Source: Candidatus Latescibacterota bacterium (lineage in GTDB: Bacteria; Latescibacterota; UBA2968; GCA-2709665). From it: 64,000 nucleotides of DNA. The notes beneath the pieces were generated by a model that searched no databases, was not told the DNA's origin, and worked only from the letters and a program-made list of their open reading frames with translations. Every line of letters starts with the position of its first letter. Positions within the stretch are counted from its first letter, which is position 1. Below are positions 51,041 through 61,331 of the stretch, piece by piece. The stretch is taken from the NCBI GenBank assembly GCA_963667175.2, contig CAXXXF010000002.1, forward strand, positions 32,001-96,000, given 5' to 3'. A program made the translations under genes and the position numbers.

Positions 51041-52146
51041 TGCCATTACGCCTGTTGTTCGCCGTTACCCTGACCGGCGGCCACACGATACCCGCACTTG
51101 GCGTGGCGGCCGCGATTCGTCAGAGGCGCCCTGATACGGTGATCAGATTCGTCGGCGTTGCGCGAGGCGTCGAGGCCCGGCTGGTTCCGCGCGCCGGCTA
51201 CGCCCTGGAGACGTTGCCGGTTATCGGTCTCAAACGGCGATTGCATCCGGATCTGCTGCAATTCCCGTGGTTGCTCCTGAAGGCCGTCTGTTCCGCCTTC
51301 CGTATCCTCGTTTTCTACCAACCACATACGGTAATCTGTACCGGCGGCCATGTGAGCGGCCCGGTGGGCATCGCCGCAAAGCTGCTTGGTATTCCGCTGG
51401 TGCTGCACGAGTCGAACAACCTCCCCGGGCTCACCGTTCGCCTGCTTTCCCGCACAGCCAGGCAGGTCTACCTGGCATTCGACGGCGCACGGCGACGCGT
51501 GGGCGGGCGTGAGAGATTCGTCGTCGGAAACCCGATCCGGGAGGGGTGGCGGCGCGTGGACAGGAACACGGCCCGCCGGCGGTTTGGTCTGGACGTTGAC
51601 CGGGCCGCGCTTCTTGTCATTGGAGGCAGTCAGGGTTCAATGGGAATCAACCGTGCCGTGGCGGAGGCGTTGCCGGGTTTGACGAAACGTGGCTATCAGA
51701 TTATCTGGCAGACCGGCAGGACGGGTTACCATGCAGCGGTATCCGCGGCTCGCCCCTTCGGAGACCGCGTGGTCGTGAGGGAATTCATCGACGACATGGC
51801 GGTGGCTTACAGCGCGGCGGACCTCGCCCTGACCCGGGCGGGCGCCATTACGGTAACCGAAATGACACGCCTGGGCGTGCCCGCGTTGATGGTGCCTTTG
51901 CCGCTCGCGACCGAGAACCATCAGGAATCCAATGCACGGGCCGTTGTGCGAGCCGGAGCCGCGAGGATGGTGCTCGAATCGGAACTGAGCGCGGACAGGC
52001 TGGTAGAGGAAGTTATCGAAATGGTCGATTCGAACGGCCTTCTTTTGGAAATGGCCCGCCGCAGTCGTGCGCTGGCCGTTCCGGACGCGGCCGCACGGAT
52101 GGTGGAGGGAATCGCGCGAAGTGGACTCCTCCGCGGTGAACGGTAG
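51040..52146 (+). CDS. murG: Lipid II synthase MurG
   Basis: TGGH, HESN, GNPIR, GGSQG, FIDDM, RAGA, HQESNA. Confidence 0.93.
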   Translation: MPLRLLFAVTLTGGHTIPALGVAAAIRQRRPDTVIRFVGVARGVEARLVPRAGYALETLPVIGLKRRLHPDLLQFPWLLLKAVCSAFRILVFYQPHTVICTGGHVSGPVGIAAKLLGIPLVLHESNNLPGLTVRLLSRTARQVYLAFDGARRRVGGRERFVVGNPIREGWRRVDRNTARRRFGLDVDRAALLVIGGSQGSMGINRAVAEALPGLTKRGYQIIWQTGRTGYHAAVSAARPFGDRVVVREFIDDMAVAYSAADLALTRAGAITVTEMTRLGVPALMVPLPLATENHQESNARAVVRAGAARMVLESELSADRLVEEVIEMVDSNGLLLEMARRSRALAVPDAAARMVEGIARSGLLRGER

Positions 52147-52150
52147 CCGC

Positions 52151-53539
52151 ATGGTGGAATTGAAACCGGGTTGCCGGGTTCATTTTGTGGGCATCGGAGG
52201 GGTGGGTATGAGCGCGGTCGCGGAACTGCTCGTCCGGCAGGACTGCGTTGTCACCGGCTCCGACCGTGAGGCCTCCGCGCTGACGGATCGGTTGGGGACG
52301 CTGGGAATTCCCGTTCGGATCGGACATACGGCGGAGGCCGTAAGAGATACGGACCTGGTTGTATACACCTCCGCCGCGGGAACGGACAATTCGGAGTTAA
52401 GGGAAGCCAGATCGAAGGGGATTCCAACGGTCAGGCGGGCCGACCTCCTTGGTCAATTGACGACAGGGCATCGGGTCGTGGGCGTGACCGGTACCCATGG
52501 AAAGACGACAACGACTGCCATGGTGGGCGGGGTTCTCGAGGCGGCGGGTCTGGACCCGACCGTGCTGGTGGGTGGAATTGTTCGCGGTCCTGAAAGAAAC
52601 CTGCGGCCCGGCTCACGAACGCTGTGGGCGGTCGAGGCCGATGAGTTCGACCGGTCTTTTCTGACACTGAGACCCGAGGTCGCGGTCGTGACGTCACTCG
52701 AGGCGGACCATCTCGATTGTTACGGAGACATGCCGGCACTGTGTCGCGCCTTTCAGCAGTTTCTGGATCAGACGAGCCGATGCGCCGTGATGGCCTACGA
52801 CGCCCCTTTCGTGCGGCAATTGAACGCGGCGCATCTTGAGGTTCTCACCTATGGTCTGGTCGAGGAAGCGAGGATTTCCGCGCAACGAACGTTGCGCGAC
52901 GGCTTCCACAGTCGGTTTCGCGTGTTCGACCGTGGAAAACCGCTCGGCGAACTTGCCCTCCGGGTTCCGGGACGACACAATGTCACCAATGCGCTGGCCG
53001 CCGTGGGCGTGGGCATGGCGCTGCAGCTGCCCTGGACGGCAATCCGTTCCGGACTTGAAGACTTCCGGGGCGTCCGACGTCGGCTGGAGGTGCTCGGCGA
53101 TCCCGGCGGCGTGCGCGTGGTGAACGACTACGCCCATCATCCGACAGAGGTTCGCGCAGTCCTGGAGACGATCAGGGAGGGATGGACGGGCCGTCTGGTG
53201 GCTGTTTTCCAGCCCCATCTGCACTCGAGGACCAGAGATTTCGCGGTTGAATTCGGACAGGTGCTGAGTGAAGCCGACCAGGTCTGGGTGGCCGACGTCT
53301 ACGCCGCTCGAGAAAAAGCGATTCCCGGTGTGAGCGGCGAGACGGTGGCACGCCAGGTACGGAAGGCCGGCTGTTCCGAAGTATTCTATGTCCCGGCCTT
53401 GCGCGATCTCGAGCGTCGACTGTCGGAAGCGCTTGCGCCGGACGACCTCGTATTGGTGATGGGCGCCGGCGACGTGGAGCAGGTTGCCTACGGGCTTATT
53501 GACCGGTTGTCCGGGGGAGCGCCGCGGGCTGATGCATGA
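52151..53539 (+). CDS. murC: UDP-MurNAc--L-alanine ligase
   Basis: GIGGVGMS, GTHGKTTT, EADEFD, DYAHHPTE, FQPH. Confidence 0.96.
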   Translation: MVELKPGCRVHFVGIGGVGMSAVAELLVRQDCVVTGSDREASALTDRLGTLGIPVRIGHTAEAVRDTDLVVYTSAAGTDNSELREARSKGIPTVRRADLLGQLTTGHRVVGVTGTHGKTTTTAMVGGVLEAAGLDPTVLVGGIVRGPERNLRPGSRTLWAVEADEFDRSFLTLRPEVAVVTSLEADHLDCYGDMPALCRAFQQFLDQTSRCAVMAYDAPFVRQLNAAHLEVLTYGLVEEARISAQRTLRDGFHSRFRVFDRGKPLGELALRVPGRHNVTNALAAVGVGMALQLPWTAIRSGLEDFRGVRRRLEVLGDPGGVRVVNDYAHHPTEVRAVLETIREGWTGRLVAVFQPHLHSRTRDFAVEFGQVLSEADQVWVADVYAAREKAIPGVSGETVARQVRKAGCSEVFYVPALRDLERRLSEALAPDDLVLVMGAGDVEQVAYGLIDRLSGGAPRADA

Positions 53540-54470
53540 CGCTTCAAAAAGGACTTCGCTCGCCCGTGAGATCCAGGCGCGCTGCAGGGGCGAACTTCTG
53601 GTTGATGAACCCTTGAAGAAGCACACCCACTTTGGCCTGGGCGGCTGTGCCGATCTGTTTTTCCGCCCTGCGGATATGGATGATCTGACTGCCGCGGTGC
53701 CACTCGTTCTGGACTCCGAACTTCAGGTGCTGCCCCTCGGCGGTGGAACCAACATGCTGGTGAACGACGCCGGGTTCAGGGGGCTCGTCATCTGTCTGAC
53801 CCGCGGACTCGCGGGAATGGCGGTCGAATCGGATCAGGGCGTTGCACAGGCGGGCGCAAGCCTACAGGTGTTTTCGAGACGCTGCCAGCGTGCCGGGCGC
53901 GCCGGGATGGAGTTCGGCTGCGGAATTCCAGGCACCGTGGGGGGCGCGATACGGGGCAACGCCGGCGCGTGGGGCGGGCAGATCATGGAGCGTGCGGCGT
54001 GGGTGAGAGGTCTGGACCTCCGATCGGGCCGGGCGGTGGAATTGCTGAAAGAGTCCATCTCGTTTTCGTACCGCCAAACGGTTCTTCCTCCGGGATTCCT
54101 GATCGTGGAGGCAGGTTTTCTGCTGGAAGAGGACGATCCCGCAAGGGTCCAGACACGCATGGACGAGATGCTCGCCCAGCGAAGAAGCTCTCAGCCGCTT
54201 TGGGCGCGAAACGCCGGATGCATTTTCAAGAATCCTCCGGGGACGTCGGCGGGGTTGCTCATCGACAGGGCCGGATGCAAGGGGTTGTCCGTAGGCGACG
54301 TCGAAGTGTCGGACGTCCATGCGAATTTCATCGTGAACCGGGGCGCCGGCACCGCGGCGGACGTGCGCTCGCTGGTACGCAAGGTTCAGGAAAGAGTACA
54401 ACAGACTTTTGGCATCGAAATGGCTATGGAAGTTCGGATCGTCGGCGAGTGGGGAATCGAGAACGCCTGA
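53532..54470 (+). CDS. murB: UDP-N-acetylenolpyruvoylglucosamine reductase
   Basis: GGGTN, GIPGTVGGA, NAGA, GCIFKNP, HANFIVN. Confidence 0.96.
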   Translation: MHDASKRTSLAREIQARCRGELLVDEPLKKHTHFGLGGCADLFFRPADMDDLTAAVPLVLDSELQVLPLGGGTNMLVNDAGFRGLVICLTRGLAGMAVESDQGVAQAGASLQVFSRRCQRAGRAGMEFGCGIPGTVGGAIRGNAGAWGGQIMERAAWVRGLDLRSGRAVELLKESISFSYRQTVLPPGFLIVEAGFLLEEDDPARVQTRMDEMLAQRRSSQPLWARNAGCIFKNPPGTSAGLLIDRAGCKGLSVGDVEVSDVHANFIVNRGAGTAADVRSLVRKVQERVQQTFGIEMAMEVRIVGEWGIENA

Positions 54471-54545
54471 AGCCGGGCGCCGCAATCGGTCCTGAATCCC
54501 CAGGGATGACGTGTGTCGCGGAAGCATTTTGCGTGCGCCCCATCG

Positions 54546-54688
54546 CAGTCCGTAGAAAAAGTCGCTCTGCAGGCGAGGCCGAGTCATTGTGGCCGAAGAC
54601 AAGGCGCGCCTGTCTGCTGCAGGCAGGCAACGCCGTATTTCGGTCACAAGGGCCGGACGCAGACCGGATGGACTCTTTCAACGGACTG
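54546..54688. mobile_element. MITE-like element copy 2 (143 bp), inverted relative to copy 1
   Basis: cagtccgtagaaaa ... tttcaacggactg TIRs; internal blocks nearly identical to the reverse complement of 39052-39258. Confidence 0.8.
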
Positions 54689-54719
54689 AATAGTCCGCAC
54701 TTAAATGGACGGAGGTCCT

Positions 54720-55514
54720 ATGTCGAGCCATCGACCGATCTATTCCCGGACGCAGGAACGTGAGCGGATTCGCGCCGAGGAGCCGGAAACCCGGTCGCCG
54801 GCCGGGATACTGCGGTGGATTGTCATTCTGGCGCTTGTCGGATTGCTTCTATTCGGCATTCAGAACGCATACTCGGCCCTGACGGATTCCGACCTGTTCC
54901 GTCTGGACCATATTTCCGTGGCCGGCAACCGGCTCCTGAAGGATCGCGAGGTCGCGACTCTTTCCGGTCTCGAAATAGGGGTCAACCTGTTTGCGGCCGA
55001 TCTTAAAGCGGCCACGCAGCGACTGGTTGCCGATCCCGCGATCAGGGATGCATTGCTGTTGAGGCAACCGCCGGGCGGGCTGCTTATTCAACTGAAGGAG
55101 AGGCGACTGCTTGCGCTCGCCACCACGTCGGACGGATTGTACGGGTTGGACGACGAAGGCGTGCTCTTTCCTCTGCCGCAGATGCCGTTCAATCTGCCGA
55201 TCGTGACAGGTATTGACGCGGTCGCGGACACTTCAGGGGCCTACCGGTTGTCTCACCTTGTCACGTTTCTGGGGCAGATACGGTCGAATGCGCCGGCGTT
55301 CCTGGATGAAGTTTCCGAGGTGCACCTGGTGTCTGTCATGGAGGCACGCGTCTATCTCGTGGGAGATGGACTGACGCTTCGGATGCGGCTTGACGACGCG
55401 GTCGACCAGGTCCGTCGGTTTGACGCGTTTATTAAGTCGGGGGCACACAGAATCACGACGCCCGCCTACGTAGATCTCCGGTATTCGAATCAGGTCGTTG
55501 TGGGTACGGGTTGA
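54720..55514 (+). CDS. ftsQ: Cell division protein FtsQ/DivIB
   Basis: TM plus POTRA (ISVAGN), LKER, C-terminal YVDLRYSNQVV. Confidence 0.9.
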   Translation: MSSHRPIYSRTQERERIRAEEPETRSPAGILRWIVILALVGLLLFGIQNAYSALTDSDLFRLDHISVAGNRLLKDREVATLSGLEIGVNLFAADLKAATQRLVADPAIRDALLLRQPPGGLLIQLKERRLLALATTSDGLYGLDDEGVLFPLPQMPFNLPIVTGIDAVADTSGAYRLSHLVTFLGQIRSNAPAFLDEVSEVHLVSVMEARVYLVGDGLTLRMRLDDAVDQVRRFDAFIKSGAHRITTPAYVDLRYSNQVVVGTG

Positions 55515-55571
55515 GATTTCCGCGGACCCGTATACAGCACGTATCCGGCAGCAGCTGGAAAGGAAGCGAGG

Positions 55572-56807
55572 ATGGCCAAAGGGGACCAGATCGTTGGTAT
55601 GGATATCGGAACGACCAAGATCTGCGTGGTCGTGGCCGAGGCAGGCGAAGACGATCAGCTCAGGATTACGGGCATTGGCACAAGCCCGTCCAACGGACTG
55701 AAACGCGGCGTTGTTGTGAACGTTGCACAAACCGTCCTATCCATCCAACGTGCCGTCGAAGAAGCGGAACAGGCCTCCGATGTACGTATAGGGGCCGTTT
55801 ACGCCGGCATCGCGGGCGAACATATTCGCAGCCTCAATTGCCGAGGTGTGATCGCCGTATCCGGAAACGACAACGAGATAACGGCTCAGGATGAGGCGCG
55901 CGTAATCGAAACCGCCAAGGCCGTTTCGATCCCCATGGACCGGGAAATAATCCACGTGTTGCCTCAATCGTTTGTCGTGGACGACCAGCCCGGCGTCAAG
56001 AATCCCATAGGAATGTCGGGCGTGCGTCTCGAGGCCGACGTGCATATGGTAACCGGCGCCGTGACGTCGGCGCAGAATATATGCAAGAGCATCCGAAGGG
56101 CCGGTGTCGAAGTTGAGGATCTCGTGCTGGAACCGCTGGCATCCAGCTACGCCGTTTTGTCGCCGGAAGAAGAGGAGATGGGCGTCACCCTGGTCGACAT
56201 CGGCGGCGGCACCACCGACGTCGCGGTATTCTACGACGGCAGCATTCGACATACGGCCGTCGTGGGGTTGGGCGGCGAGAACGTAACCAACGACATTTCG
56301 ATCGGCCTGAGAACGCCGCTGGTCCAGGCGGAAAGTATCAAACGCTCGCGCGGCTGTTCGTCGAACGCCAAGATCGATAAGGGCGAGACCATACAGGTTC
56401 CGGGAATTGGCGGACGGCCCTCCTTCGATGTGCCTCGAGAGGAACTGACGGCGATTATCGAAGCGCGCATGGAGGAAATCTTCACCCTGGTCCATCGTGA
56501 AATCCGCAGGACGGATTATGCGGACCTGCTGGCGGCAGGCGTCGTCATTACCGGCGGCGGATCGATGCTCGAGGGGACGGCCGAGCTGGCGGAGGAGGTA
56601 TTTGGAATGCCCGTCAGTGTGGGCATGCCGAACGGCGTGACCGGCCTTTCGGACGACGCCACCGCCCCCGTCTACGCAACCGGCGTCGGCCTGGTGAAAT
56701 TCGGTCTGCGGCAGCGGGAATTCGGCGGAACGATGCGTGTTGCAGGCAATGGTTCTTTCGGATCCGTATTGGGCAGGATGAAGGCGTGGGTGAAGGATTT
56801 TTTCTAG
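55572..56807 (+). CDS. ftsA: Cell division protein FtsA
   Basis: [25 protein letters not shown]. Confidence 0.97.
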   Translation: MAKGDQIVGMDIGTTKICVVVAEAGEDDQLRITGIGTSPSNGLKRGVVVNVAQTVLSIQRAVEEAEQASDVRIGAVYAGIAGEHIRSLNCRGVIAVSGNDNEITAQDEARVIETAKAVSIPMDREIIHVLPQSFVVDDQPGVKNPIGMSGVRLEADVHMVTGAVTSAQNICKSIRRAGVEVEDLVLEPLASSYAVLSPEEEEMGVTLVDIGGGTTDVAVFYDGSIRHTAVVGLGGENVTNDISIGLRTPLVQAESIKRSRGCSSNAKIDKGETIQVPGIGGRPSFDVPREELTAIIEARMEEIFTLVHREIRRTDYADLLAAGVVITGGGSMLEGTAELAEEVFGMPVSVGMPNGVTGLSDDATAPVYATGVGLVKFGLRQREFGGTMRVAGNGSFGSVLGRMKAWVKDFF

Positions 56808-56985
56808 GGGCTGTTTCAGAATTGCCGGTGAGCTCCCGAGCGCGCGTGAAGCGGTACGTAAGACTACGTCAATGGCGAACCACGGCCGGGGGGACCGGTC
56901 GGATTCAAAGAGACTCCCATTTCTACGGAAGGGTCGACCGAACGGGACCGCACCCTCCACAACGCGAATTGACAGGAGAGACCAA

Positions 56986-58149
56986 ATGGTGACATTTTCG
57001 ATCGTTGACACTGACAACCAGGCGAAGATGCGGGTTGTGGGGGTCGGGGGCGCCGGCGGAAACGCGGTAAACCGGATGATTGCGGCGGACCTCAAGGGCG
57101 TGGAGTTTATCGCGGTTAATTCGGATATGCAGGATCTGGACAAATCCGAGGCATTGAAACGCGTACAGATCGGCCAGTCGATCACAAAGGGGTTGGGCGC
57201 GGGCGCCAATCCTGAAACCGGACGGAAGGCCATGGAGGAAGACCGGGACCACGTCACGGAACTCCTCGCCGGTTCGGATATGGTGTTCGTGACCGCCGGT
57301 ATGGGGGGCGGAACCGGTACGGGCGCCGCGCCGGTCGTGGCGGAAATCGCAAGTGAGGCCGGAGCGCTGACGGTGGGCATCGTGACCAAGCCGTTCAAAA
57401 TGGAGGGGGCGCCCCGCTTGCGCAACGCGGAGGCGGGTATCGCTCAGTTGAAGGAATCCGTGGACACGCTCATCGTGATTCCAAACCAGCGTCTCCTGGA
57501 CATTTGCTCCGACGAGACCACGCTGCGAGAGGCATTCAGACTTGCCGACGACGTGCTGCTGCAGGCAACGCGCGGGATCTCGGATCTGATTGCGATACCC
57601 GGCGAAGTGAATCTGGATTTCAACGACGTTCGCACGGTAATGAAGCAGGGCGGAGACGCGTTGATGGGAACCGGCACGGCAGAGGGAGAAGGCCGCGCGG
57701 TCCACGCGGCCGAGGCAGCCATCAAGAGCCCCCTGCTGGAGGATCTGTCCATTGACGGCGCAAGGTGCGTCCTCGTAAATATCGCGGCCGGCAGCGATTT
57801 GAAGCTGTTCGAAGTGGACGAATCGGTATCTACCGTAACCAAGGCGGTTGGCCCCGAAGCCAACATTATCTGGGGTACCGTGCTGGATGACGGCCTCAGC
57901 GATGAACTGCGCGTGACGGTGATTGCCACCGGTTTCGCCAGGGATGAGGATCTCGCTGGAACGAAAGCGCAACGAGTGCCTGCGGACAACCCGCTCGGGC
58001 TGGATGTACCGGCATATTTGCGCAAGGCCGGCGCCGCCGAGGTCACGGAGCCGCAGGTCGCGCCGGAGGAGAACGCGGAAGTGGATCTATCGCTGGACGA
58101 CCTCGAAATACCGTCGTTTCTTAGGCGGCGCCTGAAAGATACCGCCTGA
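56986..58149 (+). CDS. ftsZ: Cell division protein FtsZ
   Basis: [25 protein letters not shown]-terminal LEIPSFLR. Confidence 0.98.
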   Translation: MVTFSIVDTDNQAKMRVVGVGGAGGNAVNRMIAADLKGVEFIAVNSDMQDLDKSEALKRVQIGQSITKGLGAGANPETGRKAMEEDRDHVTELLAGSDMVFVTAGMGGGTGTGAAPVVAEIASEAGALTVGIVTKPFKMEGAPRLRNAEAGIAQLKESVDTLIVIPNQRLLDICSDETTLREAFRLADDVLLQATRGISDLIAIPGEVNLDFNDVRTVMKQGGDALMGTGTAEGEGRAVHAAEAAIKSPLLEDLSIDGARCVLVNIAAGSDLKLFEVDESVSTVTKAVGPEANIIWGTVLDDGLSDELRVTVIATGFARDEDLAGTKAQRVPADNPLGLDVPAYLRKAGAAEVTEPQVAPEENAEVDLSLDDLEIPSFLRRRLKDTA

Positions 58150-58207
58150 CGCACGGTCGCGTTTCGCCCATGCGTGTGTTTCTCGGAGACGATTGAGGAG
58201 TACGGAT

Positions 58208-59188
58208 ATGGACAGCGTGCGATGGGGTATCGTGGGATGTGGCGACGTCACGGAGGTGAAGAGCGGACCCGGATTTCAGAATGCGAGCGGGTCCGCCCTG
58301 TCGGCCGTGATGAGGCGTGACGTGGGCAAGGCTGCCGACTACGCGCGCAGACACGGGGTGCCGCGGTTTTACGGGCAGGCGGAAGCATTGATTGAGGATT
58401 CCGAGGTCGACGCGGTATACGTGGCGACCCCGCCTTCTTCGCATCTCGACCTGGTCCTGAAGGTGGCGGACGCCGGCAAGCCATGCCTTGTGGAAAAACC
58501 CATGGCGATGAATCTCAGCGAGTGCGAGCAGATGGTTGCGGCCTTCCGAAAGACAGGACGGCCGCTTTTTGTGGCCTATTACAGGCGGGCGCTGCCTCGA
58601 TTCCTGCGCGTTCGGGAGTTGCTTCGGGACGGGGCGGTCGGCGAGCTGAGTTCGGTGCATATTGCACACTACGATCCGCTCGCGCGCGGCGACGGGGCGA
58701 ATGGCTGGCGATTCAGGCCGGAGATTTCGGGTGGGGGGCTGTTTGTGGATTTGGGGTCTCACGGCCTGGATCTGCTGGATTTTCTCGTGAGTCCCATCAG
58801 ACGGGCGTGGGGATGTGCCGCAAACACGGGCGGCACGTACGAGGCCGAGGACGTGGTCGCGGGAGGCTTTGAATTCGAATCGGGAATTGTCGGAACGGGC
58901 ATCTGGAATTTCAACGCGGATTGTTCGGAAGACCGAATCACGTTCACCGGATCCGACGGGGAGGTGCATTGTCCGGTTTTTTCGGATTCCGAGGTCCTGG
59001 TCCGGAAAGGCGACGAAACAGCGACGCTGGAATACAGGAACCCTCCCCACGTACATCAGCCGTTGATCCAGACGGTGGTGAATGAACTCCTGGGCAGGGG
59101 AAGATGCGAGTCAACCGGCGAGAGTGCCGCCAGGACGGCCCGGGTGATGGACCGGTGTCTGAAATCGTACTACGAAGAACGCAACTGA
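58208..59188 (+). CDS. Gfo/Idh/MocA family oxidoreductase
   Basis: WGIVGCG, VYVATPP, VEKP, AYYRR, DLGSHGLD. Confidence 0.92.
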   Translation: MDSVRWGIVGCGDVTEVKSGPGFQNASGSALSAVMRRDVGKAADYARRHGVPRFYGQAEALIEDSEVDAVYVATPPSSHLDLVLKVADAGKPCLVEKPMAMNLSECEQMVAAFRKTGRPLFVAYYRRALPRFLRVRELLRDGAVGELSSVHIAHYDPLARGDGANGWRFRPEISGGGLFVDLGSHGLDLLDFLVSPIRRAWGCAANTGGTYEAEDVVAGGFEFESGIVGTGIWNFNADCSEDRITFTGSDGEVHCPVFSDSEVLVRKGDETATLEYRNPPHVHQPLIQTVVNELLGRGRCESTGESAARTARVMDRCLKSYYEERN

Positions 59189-59200
59189 ACGTCCCTGCGG

Positions 59201-59217
59201 CCTGAGCCTGTCGAAGG
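59201..59217. repeat. REP-like half-site cctgagcctgtcgaagg
   Basis: Matches a commonly seen extragenic palindromic repeat motif (from memory); single copy between convergent genes. Confidence 0.4.
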
Positions 59218-59405
59218 ATCGGCGAAGGCGCGGTTATCATTCTGTTGTTGAGATACAGAACCGCGGGCATTCTGACAAGCTCGACGCGCGCGATGACCAC
59301 GTTCCGATAGGCCGCGCGACAGGATGGGCGAACGTAGGCCAGGCATCGGGGCGGGATGAATCGGCGTTTGAACGGAAACTCACTTCCGTGACGGGACACT
59401 GCGGA

Positions 59406-60503
59406 TCAGGCGGGCTTCCCCGTCCGAAGATAGGCCTCGAGCGCGGCCGGATCCATTCCGGCAATGCCCAGATCGTCGACGTCTCTACCGCTGGTCCAGC
59501 CGTCCGTTCCGATGACGATCGATCCGACGTCGACCATGGCGCGAATCGTGGGCGCGGGTACACCGTACTGGGCGCCTACGGAGTGCCAGGCTGCCAGACC
59601 GTAGGGAACGTCTTCCGTAAGCCATCGGCTTTCCAGGGAGCCGGGCGCTTTGAGGCGGGTGAGCATGTAACTGCCGTTGATCGTGGCCCAGAGGTCCCCT
59701 CCCGGTCCGAAGCCGGCCCGATGAAAGGCGATATTCGCCGGGGGCAGGTCATAACCGAGTCGCATGGCGATCGCGCGGCGTTCGTCGTCCACCCGTGTGA
59801 TTACTCTGGCCACGGCGGGCGTCACCCCCTCTTCGTAAAAGTAGAATTCGCCGCGGGAATATTCCACGCGGCCGGCGTTCAGGAGGACACCGGCGGGATG
59901 GACCACGGGGTTCATCGCGGCCAGACCGCAGGCCATCACGTCGGGATAACCCGTTACCCCCGGAAAAAGACGGTCCAGACGTGCCCGCACGGGTCCGAAT
60001 TCACTGGCTGGCAGCACGCCCAGGCCCAGACCCGTGACGATGCCCCAGATGGTGGCGGTGTCGGGTGTCGTCTTCCGGCAGACGAACGGCGCGGTATCTA
60101 CTTCGGCGAGTACGACGCCTTCGGCGCCAGCCTCGCGGAGGATGCGCGCCCACTCCAGGGTCCCGAGTGTGCCGGGCATGATGACGACGGTCTGACCCGG
60201 CCGCAGGAACGGGGCACAGACTTCAGCAAACGCTCTGTGAGCGTACGCCGGTACGATGAGCAGCACCAGGTCCGGCGATTCAAGCGCCTCCTCGATATCG
60301 GTCGTGACGCGGTGGATTCTGGCCGGGCCCTCTCCACCTGCGCCGAGCAGATGGATGATGCCGTCGTCTGCAATCGGATCGAGAGATTCCCTGAATTCAG
60401 GAATCTCGTAGAGCGTGATCTCAAAGCCCTTCAGGCTGAGATTGGCAGCTACGGCAAAAGCCGTGTTTCCGCCGCCGAGAACGGTTAGTGTATTGACCGA
60501 CAT
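59406..60503 (-). CDS. NAD/NADP octopine/nopaline (opine) dehydrogenase family protein
   Basis: VLGGGN, MNPVVHP, FYFYEEG, VDDERRAI, RWLTEDVPYGL. Confidence 0.9.
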   Translation of the reverse strand: MSVNTLTVLGGGNTAFAVAANLSLKGFEITLYEIPEFRESLDPIADDGIIHLLGAGGEGPARIHRVTTDIEEALESPDLVLLIVPAYAHRAFAEVCAPFLRPGQTVVIMPGTLGTLEWARILREAGAEGVVLAEVDTAPFVCRKTTPDTATIWGIVTGLGLGVLPASEFGPVRARLDRLFPGVTGYPDVMACGLAAMNPVVHPAGVLLNAGRVEYSRGEFYFYEEGVTPAVARVITRVDDERRAIAMRLGYDLPPANIAFHRAGFGPGGDLWATINGSYMLTRLKAPGSLESRWLTEDVPYGLAAWHSVGAQYGVPAPTIRAMVDVGSIVIGTDGWTSGRDVDDLGIAGMDPAALEAYLRTGKPA

Positions 60504-60784
60504 GGTACGCGCCTCGCAAGTGGACAATTGTTACGCGTAGGAGGATTTCGTCGATTCGCGATCGGACTTACGAATCAGCATCCGTTCATTTCAGGCGCAA
60601 ATATAAACCCGGCCCATCGGCGGGACAAGAACCGATTCGTCGGGGACGGCCGTCGATCCTGGCGTCTGAATCGGCCGGTTCATCCGCGCACACTCGCTGG
60701 AATTCAGGTCGGATTCTTGTAGACCCGCATGAGCCGGCACAAAGGCCTGTTCACGTCCGAAAGTCCAACAGGAGGAGGGACCCA

Positions 60785-61294
60785 TTGCCCTACGAGGACC
60801 ACAAGAAACAGGCGCAGGGCGCCGTCAACTGCGCCGTACTCACGATCAGCGACACGAGGACGGAAGCCGACGACAAGAGCGGCAGGATGATCAGAGATCT
60901 GCTCGAATCCGGTGGTCACACGACGGGATTCTACGAGGTGGTCCCGGACGACCCGGGCCGAATCCGCGACCTGGTCGTCCGAATAACGGACGGAGGGCTC
61001 TGCCAGGCGATCCTGACCAGCGGCGGCACCGGCATCGCTGCCCGGGATACCACCTACGAAGCCGTGGTCGGGCTGCTTGAAAAACGGCTGGACGGCTTTG
61101 GTGAACTCTTCCGATTCCTGAGCTGGGATGACATCGGCTCCGGCGCCATGCTCTCGCGCGCCGTCGCCGGCGTCTACCGCGACACGATGATTTTCTGCAT
61201 GCCCGGCTCTTCCGGCGCCGTACGCCTCGCGATGGAAAAACTGGTCGTTCCCGAACTATCGCACCTTGTCTGGGAAATCTGGCGGCAGAAGTAA
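60785..61294 (+). CDS. moaB: MoaB/MogA molybdenum cofactor biosynthesis protein
   Basis: LTISD, DKSG, TSGGTGIAARDTT, GFGELFR, MPGS. Confidence 0.9.
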   Translation: MPYEDHKKQAQGAVNCAVLTISDTRTEADDKSGRMIRDLLESGGHTTGFYEVVPDDPGRIRDLVVRITDGGLCQAILTSGGTGIAARDTTYEAVVGLLEKRLDGFGELFRFLSWDDIGSGAMLSRAVAGVYRDTMIFCMPGSSGAVRLAMEKLVVPELSHLVWEIWRQK

Positions 61295-61331
61295 CCCCGG
61301 AGTGCGGCGGAGCACCCGATGCCAGGGAGGC

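Noticed and set aside
50011-52146. 711-aa ORF as an FtsW-MurG fusion
   Set aside because: The N-terminal part is an off-frame shadow of ftsW; murG starts at 51040, overlapping the ftsW stop.
54471-54719. Absence of ddl between murB and ftsQ
   Set aside because: ddl is often located outside the dcw cluster; no remnant seen.
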